NCBI RefSeq assembly: GCF_006345805.1
Contig: NC_042998.1
Location: 97,340,001-97,404,000 of the forward strand
DNA from: Octopus sinensis
Lineage: Eukaryota
Direction of reading: 5' to 3'
Length of the DNA: 64,000 nt
The translations under genes and the position numbers were made by a program. The notes under the pieces were generated by a model that had not been told where the DNA came from, ran no database searches, and worked only from the letters and a program-made list of their open reading frames with translations. Positions 1 through 12,700 of this stretch are shown in pieces (the stretch's first letter is position 1; every line of letters begins with the position of its first letter).

Positions 1-705
1 TAATTCATAACTCTTTCTAACATAAGCACAGGGCCAGAAATTTTAGGACAGAGGTTCTAGTCCCTGACATTGACCCTGGTACTTGACTGGTACTAGCTTT
101 TATTGAAAAGGTAAAAAGCCAAGTTGACCTCAGCAGGATTTGAACTCAGAACATAAAGAGTCAGAATACATACTACAAGACATTATATCTGAAGCTCTAG
201 CAATCCTGCCAATCCATTGCGTTAATAATATCTCTTACTTACTTCAATCATTGGACTACAGCCATGCTGGAACACTCACTGCCTTGAAGGGTTTAGCCAA
301 ATAAATCAAACCTAGTATTTACATTAAGTGAGGTGCTTACTCTGTTGGTCCCTTTTGCTGAACCACTAGGTTACCAGTACATAAACAAACCAACAATGGT
401 TGTCATGCAGTGGAGGGAGAACACACACAAACACAAGCACAGATAGACAGATAGGGAGACAGACAGATGTATGTATGTACATACATACCTACATACATAT
501 GTACATATGTTATTAATTGTATCACTATTTTTATATGCAGCATACATCATTGCATGTACACATACATACATACATGCATACATACATACATAATATGCAT
601 AACATACACACATACATACATACACACACACATACATACATACATACATACATACATACATACATACGTACATACATACATACATACATACATACATACA
701 TACAT

Positions 706-1250
706 ACATACATACATACATACAACTATGAATTCATATTCATACCAATAATAATTGGAGCACTGGGTTTCGTTAGTAAATGCTTAAAGGAGAATCTGGA
801 TAAACTGGGATTTTCAGAAAGAGAAATCAACTGGCTAATTCATACTAATGTATGAATTAGCCAGTTGATTTCACACACACACACAAACACACACCCATAT
901 ACATACATACATACATACATACATACATACATACATACATACATACACACATACACATACATACATACTACATACATACATACATACATACAACTATGAA
1001 TTCATATTCATACCAATAATAATTGGAGCACTGGGTTTCGTAGTAAATGCTTAAAGGAGAATCTGGATAAACTGGGATTTTCAGAAAGAGAAATCAACTG
1101 GCTAATTCATACTAATGTATGAATTAGCCAGTTGATTTCACACACACACACAAACACACACCCATATACATACATACATACATACATACATACATACATA
1201 CATACATACATACATACACACATACACATACATACATACATACATACATA
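706..1250 (+). repeat. 267-bp tandem duplication: (TACA)n, R4-like 3' fragment, 23-bp snap-back hairpin
   Basis: Offset 267 (823 versus 1090); YEFIFIPIIIGALGFVSK; the unique parts differ by one base. Confidence 0.9.
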
Positions 1251-1856
1251 CATACATACATACATACATGTAACGGGCTTCTACATTGTTTCCCCTCAAC
1301 CAAATTCATCCACAAGACATTGGTTGACTTGGAGCTATAGTAGATTTGCTCAAAGTGCCATGCAGTGGGACTGAATGTGAGACTGCATTACTGAAAGCGA
1401 GCTTCTTAACCAAGAACCCAGGCCAGTCACATAAATAACCATAGGAAAAAATAAAACGCAAACAAAACTATAAACTTGTAAACTAATTAGATCAAACATA
1501 ATCTTGGGGTGACATTAATAAATGCAAGATGAAAAAACTAAAGATGAAAGAATGTAAACAGAGCTTTCCGGAAATTACTATAGAGTTTCAAGTAAATGAC
1601 GAAATAACATATTAAAATAAAAAAACATATGAATACAAAATAGTGCAGTTGGCAGTAATAAAATATTGCTAGATTTAAAGTTATTATTGATGGGTTTTAT
1701 ATTTTATAAAGCTATTTATTATATGACAGTAACACTGCCTGACATATCATTGAGAAAACAGCCACCCAGAAGTTGCTCATTTATCATAAGCTAACACAAC
1801 AATAACAAGAAAAAGTATTTCTACAGCATGACTAATATGTATATCTGTCAGTCTGT

Positions 1857-1893
<37 letters not shown>

Positions 1894-1933
1894 ATCATCA
1901 TCATCATCTAATATATGATGATGATGGTGATGG

Positions 1934-1993
<60 letters not shown>

Positions 1994-2084
1994 AGAAACC
2001 TCTGATTAACACACACGTACACACTCACGTATTAAATATACATTTAATATACTTCAAACAGAAGTGCAATTTGGTACAAGTTGC

Positions 2085-2330
2085 TATTGTGGAGAAGACA
2101 AGAATATAGGTTAAACTGACAATATTAGAAGTTCAGTTGTGTGTGAAACAGTAAGTGTATATTTTCCTGAGAAGGGAGATAAGACATCATATTATGACAG
2201 AGCCTTCAGAGCTACACCTAAGATATTTTAACTGGTAGCACTGTACTTGATAATTTATGAGAACAACTGTTTCTTTTCAACATCTTGATTAAGTTATATA
2301 TGAACTCATTCTTCATAACAAAGAACTCCT
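2085..2330. repeat. Unclassified interspersed repeat, second copy at about 4415-4650
   Basis: Shared GGAGAAGACAAGAATATAGGTTAAACTGACAAT...GATAAGACATCAT... Confidence 0.7.
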
Positions 2331-2761
2331 TTTCTTTTAAAATCAGGGAACCTTGGCCAAATACTTTCTACCATAACACTGATCTGACCAAAGTTTGATG
2401 AGTAAAATTTTTAGATGGAAACTGAAAGAAGCACATCCCCCCACTCCACACACACACACACACACACACACATCCACACATCATCATCATCATCATCATC
2501 ATCATCATTTAACATCTGTTTTCCATGCTGGCACGGGTTGGACGGTTTGACTGAAAACTGGTAAGCTGGAGAGCTGCACCAGGTTCCAGCCATAGCAACC
2601 ATGCCAAAACAGACAATTGGAGCCTGGACAGCCCCACAGCTGGTCAGCTCCTGTCAGACTGTTCAACCTATGTCAGCATGGAAAAGGGACTTTAAACGGT
2701 GATGATGATGAGGATGATTCACATGTTAAATTCATTATTTGTGAAGTAAGATTATACTTAC

Positions 2762-3025
2762 AATGTACATCAACTCTGTAGAAGAAGGTAGTGTTGCCAC
2801 CAATATTTGAGGCTAAACACACATATTCACCATCATCGTCTACTGTAACATTCCTTATTTTTAAAACTGAACTTAGTCCTTGTTGTGTACTTTCCAACAG
2901 TTCGCCATTTCTCAACCAAATAATGGATGGACTTGGTTTTCCTAAGATCACATCACACTGGAGTTCAATATCATCGCCAATTTTTACTTTGTTGATTGGG
3001 CTGGCATAAGCAATAACTGGTTTTA
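2762..3025 (-). CDS. HMCN1: Hemicentin exon (phase 1-1): complete Ig domain KPVIAYASP...FYRVDVH
   Basis: tgacag acceptor, gtaagt donor, DDDGEYVC motif. Confidence 0.95.
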
Positions 3026-6000
3026 CTGTCAAATAGAATCAGAGAATATTTAATTTTATTAAGCATGCATATGGATAAAATATATGAATTTATCAATAAA
3101 AAATACATTAAAATGCATTTTATGACAAAAAGGACCATCACTTAATTTTATTCTTTAACCCTTTCATTACCATATTTCTGTTGAGGTGCTCTGTGTGTCT
3201 TTCAATTAATTTTAAATATAACAAAGAATTTATTAAAATAACTTTGTTATCATTGAGCTAGTGTTGGGAACATAAATTGTGACTAATGTTTTGTGGAAGA
3301 TTTTAATTCAAAACTTATGAAAACAAGACATTTGTACTACAGAGTCAGAGGCAGTTTCGGCCAAGTTGGTATTGAAAGGGTTAACCTATAAATGTAGCCT
3401 CACATTTGCTATTGTTTTCTTTTTGACTGGTTGCTGCTTGTGTTATTATTATTATTATTAAGGTGGTGAGCTGGTGGAATCATTAGCAAGCCAGACAAAA
3501 TGCTAGACATCTACCTTTACATTCTGAATTTAAATTTTGCTGAGCTCAACTTGGCCTTTCATCCTTTTGGAGTCAATAAAATAAGAACCAGTTGAACACT
3601 GGGGTCAATGTAATCAATTCGTCCCACTCTCCAAAATTTCATGCCTTACACCTATAGTAGAAAGGATTATTATTATTGTTGTTGTTGTTGTTGTTATTAT
3701 TACCTCCATCTTAGTGAAAGTGGAGGTGTTGTTTCCAGTTGTGTTCATTTGTTTCTTTGTCCATGGACAAGATATCTCAAGAACCGCCAGATGGATTTGG
3801 ATGAAACTTTCAGGGAGGTTTGGCCTTGTAACTGGCATGAACTGATTAGATTTTGGGATTTATCCAGTACCAGACAAAGATTCTGGATTATTTTTTATAT
3901 TGTCTTTACTTTACATGTATATGTAAAATTTCACGTAGTTCTCTTGTTATTATTAATTTCTTTTTGATGGGAGTGAAAGTTATAACTTTCTTTTTTTTTA
4001 TCTATTGCATAAGATATAATAGAGAACTTGGTGGTTTCTTTTTGAATGACAAAACAAGGAAGAAAACCAGAAAACTGTTATGTTTACTGTATGGCAGCAA
4101 CTACTTAAATAGTACTTGTAAAAGATTTTCCGTTTCTGGTCAGACTCAGGGTATTATTGTGTCTTTAACCCTTTTGTTACCAACCTGGCCAAAACCGGCT
4201 CTGGCTCTGAGTACAAATGTCTTGTTTTCATAAGTTTTGAATTAAAATCTTCCATCAAACCTTAGTCACAATTTATGTTTCTAACACTAGCTGAATGATA
4301 ACTAAGTTGTTTTACTAAATTTTTTGTTATATTTAAAGTAATTGAAAGAAACACAGAGCATCTCAAAATAAATTCAGTAATGAAAGGGTTAAATACTCAG
4401 TACAAATTCCTATTCTGGAGAAGACAAGAATATAGGTTAAACTGACAATAGTGAAGAGTAAATTGGGAAAGTTCATTTAGAGCAGTGTGACTATATTTTC
4501 CTTTGAAAGATAAGACATCATATATCATGACAAAACTTTCAGTGCTACATCAAAGCTACCAAGTAGTTATATCAGGTAACTGATGAGAGTAACTGTCTCT
4601 CTTTAACATTCTGATAAAGTTATGTATAAGCTTATTCTTTATAATAAAGAATACTTTTTGTTTCAAGAGCTCTGCAGTCATTTCTCCCTTGCCATAAAAA
4701 GAGAAAAAAGTTGTTCAGTTCTCTTGATTTCACCTGAAGCGATGCTTTTCTACCAGTGCCCACCTCCTGCAATTATTAACCAAATAATCAAGAACTATTA
4801 ATCCCTTTAATTATTTAGGCTACAGATATCAGTATGAAAACAAAAAGAAAACCAAACACAAAAAAAAACTTTTAAATATATTAATATAGAAATGATATGC
4901 TTGCCAATTCCAGTGATAGTTAAAGATGCAGAAGATTCTGCAAGTCCAAACTGGTTCTGAGCACTGCAAGTGTACATTCCTTGGTCTTCAACAATGGCTC
5001 CTAAGAAAGAAATGAGAATTATAGAATAATTTAGCAAAGAAATTCTGCAAAAGCTTTTAAAAGTTATATAAAGACATGATGATATCAAGAAACCATTTAA
5101 AAATCTTAATTTTGTACATTTTTTTAAACAATGTATATTGTAAAATAGTTGAATATTGATAGCTTATCTTATTCTTTAAATTATCTTTTTAAAATTATTA
5201 CTTTGTTAGCATTTGAACCCAGAAATTAGAGCCAGGCAGAGCAATGTGAATAAGAAGTTCATCTCACAGGTTTTGAGCTTGGTTGTACATGGGGTGAGGG
5301 TAAATCACTGTTCTGTGAGTGAAATTTGGTAGACACTGTACAGAAGCCACCCAGGCAGGATATAATATCCAGGCAGATACTGAATTTCTCTGAGTAAAAT
5401 ACCAAAGAGAGTACTGTATTTCTCGAAAATCCATCAAAATTAAGTATTCTATAAGTAACCACTCACTGCCTAGCCAAGAACATTTGCTAACTTCAACAAA
5501 CACTGCTGCTGTTGCTACTGAATTTTACCCAAGCAAACAATTGAGAGGAACATCTCACAGGGGAATGTCACGGTTTACTGGTACTACTACCAAACCTAAT
5601 TTAAACAAATAGTGGAGGAAAATTCTTCTTGAAAAAAATGTCATACTTATATGCCCTGATGGGATCATTCTAATCATGCATAAATCGCTGCATATGAATA
5701 TGCAACAATATGCAATTGGTGCAATTGAAACACGTGTTGGACAATCATTATGAATAAATTAATTGGAAATAAACATAAAATTTGAATGATCAAATTCTTC
5801 ATTTTCCTTATATATATATACATTATATATATATATATATACATCAACATCATCATCATTTAACGTCCGCTTTCCATGCTAGCACGGGTTGGACGATTTA
5901 ATTGAGGTCTGGTGAACCAGGCTCCAATCTGATCTGGCAGAGTTTCTACAGCTGGATGCTCTTCCTAATGCCAACCACTCTGAGAGTGTAGTGGGTGCTT

Positions 6001-9000
6001 TTACATGCCACCAGCATGAGGGCAAGTCAGGCAGTACTGACAACAGCCACACTCAAATGGTGCTTTTTATGTGCCACCTGCACAGGAGCTAGTCCAGCGG
6101 CACTGGCAACAACCTCACTCAAATGTTTTTTCACGTGCCACCAGCACAAGTGCCAGTAAGGTGACACAGGTAACCATCATACTTGAATGGTGCTTTTTAC
6201 ATGCCACCAGCACAGAAGCCAGTTTGTTGCTCTGGCAACGATCATGTTCAGATGGTACTCTTAGTGCTAGACAAATATTTATTCAAATATGAAATAGAAG
6301 CAGCACTAGTGTAATAAACATTATCAACCACATACACTTAATGTACATGCTTTATATATTTACTGGTAGGCTGTGATTTATCATGGTGGAGAATACTCTG
6401 TCAAAGCACCAGGTGTTAAACACCTGAAAGTTGTGGACAAGTGAGATAACTCTCCTTTAATCTCATTAAGGAGTGATAGACATCGATGTTTCACCATTTT
6501 TGTGGTTTATCAACATCAGATCCTGTTTGGGTACATGATGTTGATAAGCCACAAAAATGATGGAACATTGATGTCCACCACTCCTCAATGGGATTAAAGG
6601 TGAGTTATCTTACTTGTCCATAACTTTCAGGTGTTTTAACACCTGGATCTTTGAGAGAATATTGTCCACCATGACAAATGACAGCCTACTGGCAAATACA
6701 TGGATCTTATATTCTGTCCCTCCCTTCTTCTAGTAATAATATCTGACTCCCCCCACTCCCTGTCATGCTCCTTCTGCTCTCTTATTCTGTTACTTTCTTC
6801 TGTGCCACTTTACTACAACTATATCTCTCTTCCTCTCATTTTACCCTCCCTCATTATCCTGCCTAGAATCATTGCACACTCTCTCTTCTGTGCTCCTTTA
6901 GTTATAGAGGCTACTTTAGGCCTCTATCACTGAGGAAGGTCTTGCAAGTAATGGAGGTTTGTCAAATAACAACATAATCTTCACTAGTGCTTTTGCCATG
7001 AAAAATAGCCAGATATAAAGATATACTGAACATCAATCTCAGGGGAAATCCCAGCCTGGCTGGCCCCCATCCACTGTCCTGCCATGGAAAGAAATAACAT
7101 ATTTAAAAAAGAAATTATTTTTAATTGTCATACCTATTATAAAAATACTTCCTGATGGTGAGTGCCTAAATCTTCCATCAAAACTAACTGGTTGGTCATC
7201 AGTCCTTGTCCATAAAATTGTTGGCTTTGGTAGACCTGTGGCTTCACATGGTATAGAGACATTTTTCTCAATTTCTGCTGTCATATCTATAGGACGCTGG
7301 GTGAAAGTTGGCTTTGCTACAAGTTTCAGAGAAATTAAAATATTGGTATTTCATTTATATATTTCTTAAGAGAAATGAAAATCAAATATGTAGCTAGAGG
7401 GATGAGGACACAACCAACATGATGAAGAATAACAAAGATAAACCCTTGGCTTCTTTACTTTATGTATGATGCCAATCTATAAGTTATAACCTGATTTTAA
7501 AGAGTGTTTCTTTCATCACTTGACACACATGACCAATGAAGGTTAAAAATTTTAATAAATTTCAAAGTAAAACAGAAATATACCACTGCATATATTTTAA
7601 AATAAATTCCTTTTATTTCCTTTAGAAATTTCTGCATATTTCCTGACTAGTTCCCTACAGGCTTACAGAAATCAAAGAGCTGAAAGATTAAGACCACATG
7701 CTGGAAGTGTGTATAATATAATGTCCTGGAAATTAAGTTTATAGCTAATAAATATTAGAGTAAATTAGAAAATCTATATAAAAAGGCATGATTAACCCTT
7801 TAGCATACAAATTACTCAGATAAATATAATACTAGTTTATTCACATCATTTTGAATTAATTGTGCTTTACATCAATACATTTTCTTGTAGCTTTGAGATT
7901 TTGATGATGAAATTGTTTATTTTCAGAATGACATTATAAAATAGGTCAGAGAGACTGAATGTGGCTGGCTTGAACATAAAACAGGTAAGATATTTGGTTT
8001 AAATGCTAAAGGGTTAATATAATCTTTATAAGGGGAAAAAACATTTTAAACTTACATCCAACTTGTAAAACAATTTGATCTGAATCTTCCCCGGCTTCAT
8101 TAATAGCAACACAAGTGTAATTCCCTGCATCACTTTCTTGTGTTCCCATAATATTTAATTCACCATTTTCATTTATATTAATGTAAGGCAATCCCTCCAG
8201 CTAAAATTAAAGTAGAAATTTCTAAAACAATCTATTAACAAACAAGCTGAAACATGTGTACAGATTATTTGGCTGATTATTTTAAAATTATTTTTGGTGC
8301 ACACATTAAGTTCAATTGAAATTAATTATGTTAATTTTCACATATCATTTCATTCATTGTTTCACTTTTACATTTTATTTTACTATTCTGGTATGGATTT
8401 GGACAGAAACATACTGAAGTAGTATTTTATAGCTAAATGCTTTTCCTGTCACTAACACTTACTGTTGTTTTTATTTATTCCTCTCTTAGCTCACATAGAA
8501 GACATAGTTACAGGATGCATTAATTATAGGAGACTTAAACACAACTTGACTCTTTTTGCTAAAATTGTATCAAGCAAAGATGCACTGAGGGCAAACATTC
8601 ATGTGTACACAAGTGTGCACAAACACACACACACACACACACACACACAATGGGCTTCCATACATTTTCTCTACAATAGTTCCACTCACAAGTTAACCTG
8701 ATGCTAAAATACAAGGCACTTGCCCAAGGTACAACATAGTGAAATAAAACCTGAAACCATGTGGTTACAAACCCAACTTCATATTCACACAATCATCCCT
8801 GTGCCTACTACTATGCCTACATATGAAAAAACTCAAAACTAAATTATATACTCAATGGATGTTCTGTCCAAGTTAAAGACAATTTGTAACAAACTGTACC
8901 TTAGTGTTTCCTCTAAACCATTTAATCTCTGGTTTTGGAATTCCTTCAGCTTTGCATGACATGGTTGAAGAATCTCCACTCGCAACTAATAATCTTTTGT

Positions 9001-9686
9001 TTGACCATACAATGCGTGGTGCCTCTAAAAGTATGAAGATAATGAATAATATGTAAACACTTTATAAAGAAGCATGAAGACAAGTCATTTTAAAATAGCA
9101 CCATATTTTTCAATATCAGATTAATATTTGGCTTTCATGTCGCCAGTTTCTGCAAAACCTTTATTAAGGTTCCAGTGGTTGTAGTTTATGTGCAAGACCT
9201 AAAATTTTGAGAAATGTCAGTAGAGATATTTTGTAAGGCTCTAGGACTATTTGATTCTATCTATTTCGATGTATATTTATTATTGTTTATCTTATTGTTT
9301 TATTTTTTTAAATATTTATTACAGGAATAAGTAGCAGATTAGCAGAATCAGTGATACTGCTGACTAAATGACGAGCAAGGTTTAATTATGCTCCTTGATG
9401 TTTTGACTTCAACTCTTATTGAGGGTGGGTTCATGTAGTCATCTTTACGTGGTTGATAAAGTAAGTATCAGTACAAATTTTTTTACATTTGGAAGAAGTG
9501 GTCTTCTACCACTTTCTCTCAGTATGTTCGAAAAGTGAGATAAAAAAAATCCTGATTAGTTGTTAAATAATGAAACCAGTTAATGTGCCTCTTAATCTCT
9601 AGCTGTTGGGAAGGACCTATGTGACTAAGCATATATATATATATACATGTATATATATATATATACATGTATATATATATATATAT

Positions 9687-9724
<38 letters not shown>

Positions 9725-12700
9725 TGTATGTCGTCGTCATCAGTTAATGTCCGTTGTCCATGCAGATGTGGGTTGCATGGCTTGACCAGGGCTGATACGC
9801 TGGAAGGCTGCACCAGACTCCAGTCTGATTTGGCAGTTTTCTATGGCTAGATGCCCTTCCTAACACCAACTATTCCGAGAATGTAATGGGTGCTTTTATG
9901 TACCAAGGCACAGGTGACATTTTCATGACACCGTTATCTGTCATGTCTGTGATTTTGCTTGGTTTAATGGATCTTCTTCTCAAGCATAACATAATGCCAA
10001 AGGTCTCAGTCATTGCCTCTATGGGGCCCAATGCCTGAAAAGAACTCAGCCACTTTGCCTCTGTATATATATACTTACATATGTATATATTTATATTAGT
10101 GGATCTATAAGTGAATGATAAGGCGTCAGTTTTCAAAAGTGGCCAAACTTTCCACTGACTCATGTACCTTTAACATGCCTATGATTCCATATCTTTATTT
10201 ATAGACAAGTATATTGTACTTAGTATGTTAAGTCTGTGGGCAATCCTCAAAATCTTTAGTTGGCACCTCCCACAGATATTTACCCTATTAATGACAATAT
10301 TAAGAATAATATAACAAACAGAGCAGCTAATAAACACTAATAACTAAGATAACATATGAAGTTTTCATTTCCTTTTCTGTTAAATAAAAATGGTTTACTT
10401 AACAGCATCATTCTATTAAAGCTAACTCATTCTTTAAATAATGTAAATGTCATATTTTCCTTTTCTTTACAGTGCACCAACATAACTCATTTCATATAAG
10501 TTTTTCTACTTGGATTGATCTAAGCAACTTTATTTTTTCCCCAAAATGTGTAACTTTATGCCTACATTAAGAATCGTTATGATTTCTGAAGAAGTAGTAT
10601 GATTTCATGTGAGATTAGTCTTCTCAAGTGAAATGGGAATAGTAAATATAGCTCTTGGATAGTTGAAGGTCAGTTTTTGATGAGAGAAGTTGTAAGTTCT
10701 TCAAATGTAGTCCTTACAATGAAGAACAGTTGGTAATAAAAGACAGTAAGTGCAAGTAAGTTAAATTGGTATATTATAAAATGGGATATTTTATACTGAG
10801 AATCTTTCATAAGAATTCAACATTTAGTGTATTTCATTGATTAAATGACATTTTCAGTCTGGTGTTTAGTTAAATTACGTTTGGTAAGCTGACAACCACC
10901 TCAATACTTCAGTCTTTGTTAGGAAAGCTACTGATGTAATTAATTATAGAGTGTTAATGATTTGGTTGAGTAGAAGGTTTTGATGATGACATGATAAAGG
11001 AAAATAAAGAATCAGAAAATAGCAGTTTTCAAGAGTTATGAAATGAGGATTTACAAAATCGATGTTAAGATCAAGGAATTGGTTTCAGACATAACAAATA
11101 AGTGAGATTAAGTCTGCAAGATTGTGTCCTGTTTTGTCAATTGTAAGTTATTGCCATGTGCAAAATATTTGGTTTACCAAATTTTTCTGGACATTATATC
11201 GTGTAAGATGACAAGCAGTCAGTGAATCTGAATTTTAGATGCTGTAAAGACAGTTTTTGAAGAGAACAAGAGATGTAAGACGTTATATATGGTAAGTAAT
11301 GTAAAGCAGTTGTTAGAGATAACAGTAAAGTTTCCAAGATGATTTATAAAGTTATATTTGTATGTTTGTAGCAGCATAGCTACTGAGAACAAGAAGCTGG
11401 AAATAACTGGCTAATATAGGTAATCAGCTGGGAATAACTTCAAGGATTAAATTAAGTCCAACAGATTTAGTAAGAAGAGAATGTGAAGAAAATGAAATGG
11501 AACCTTTATGAGCTGAAGTTACATTCATAGAAAGAAAAGTTAAAGTTCATAGAAAAAGTGTTATTGAGAAGAAAAAGATATATAAAGTGAATTATGTTGG
11601 TTGTAGCACTGTAAAGGAAGGAAAATATGACATTAACATCCTTTAAAGAATAAGTTAGCTTTAATGGAATGACACTGATAAGTAAACCATTCTAATTTAA
11701 TAGAAAAGGAAATGAAAACTTCATATATTATCTTCAGTTTTTCTATATGTTATCAAAAATCCTAATCCTATATGATTTCTGTGAAAGAATAAAATTTCAA
11801 ATTTTAGATTTTCTCTACTCAAATGATACAAATTTATATTTGCAATCACAAAAATCTTTATATCTTGCTTTAACTAAACACAAATTGACTTTTAAACTGT
11901 TTGATTCGTTATTTCAGAAAGTAATATCTATATGATTACATTTATAATAAATGAGAAATCTATATATGATCAGTTAAGTGATCATTATTTTACAACTAAT
12001 GCAATTAAAAATTCACTAAGAATTTGGGATATTTACTAGTGAGTGATTAGTACAACTGACTTTGAATAATAGGAGAAGGAATGGCATTATGATACTTATA
12101 CTTTTCCCAAGGATATTAACGGGTAAGAATCAGTGACTATTTAAACAAAAGTAAGTTTGAATAAAAAATCTGGTGCAATACAAAGACATTTCAATAAATA
12201 AGCAATCCTGTAATCAATAAAGTAAAATAAAAACTAATACATAATTCTACATTTTCCAAATCAATTGTTAGTGAAAGTTTTTTACCAATATATCTAAGAG
12301 TTACATAAGCAGAGTGTCCTCCAGCGGCATTAACAGCTGAACATTCATAGTGGCCTGCATCACGTTGATTAAGATCTGATAAGGTAATATTTCCTTGATC
12401 CAGTCGTATTCTTCTACTTGGTATAAGCAATTTATCATCACGTAACCAGTAGAGGTTTGGTTTAGGGAAGCCAGTTGAAAAACAACTAATTGTAACTGTT
12501 TGACCAACTGCAAAGTTTTTCACCTCTGGTATGACAGTAGCTTTTGGAGTATCTGTCAAATAAATAAAGATATTTGAAATATTGAATATGTATATAATAA
12601 TGGTTTTAAATTTTGGTACAAGGCCAGCAGTTTTGAGGGAATGGCATTAGTTGATTACATTACCCCCAGTACTTGGCTGGTACTTTATTTTGTTGACCTT

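Noticed and set aside
371-1374. ORFs such as [22 protein letters not shown], poly-S/R/K/L/Y throughout the ORF track
   Set aside because: Translations of microsatellites, not proteins
4576-4605. CTGATGA-GAG...CTC resembling a hammerhead core and stem II
   Set aside because: Not followed by GAAA here or in the homologous copy at about 2255
10480-11700. Long microsatellite-free intronic stretch with a HGNNLQL peptide reminiscent of LINE endonucleases
   Set aside because: Too degraded to assign without a profile search
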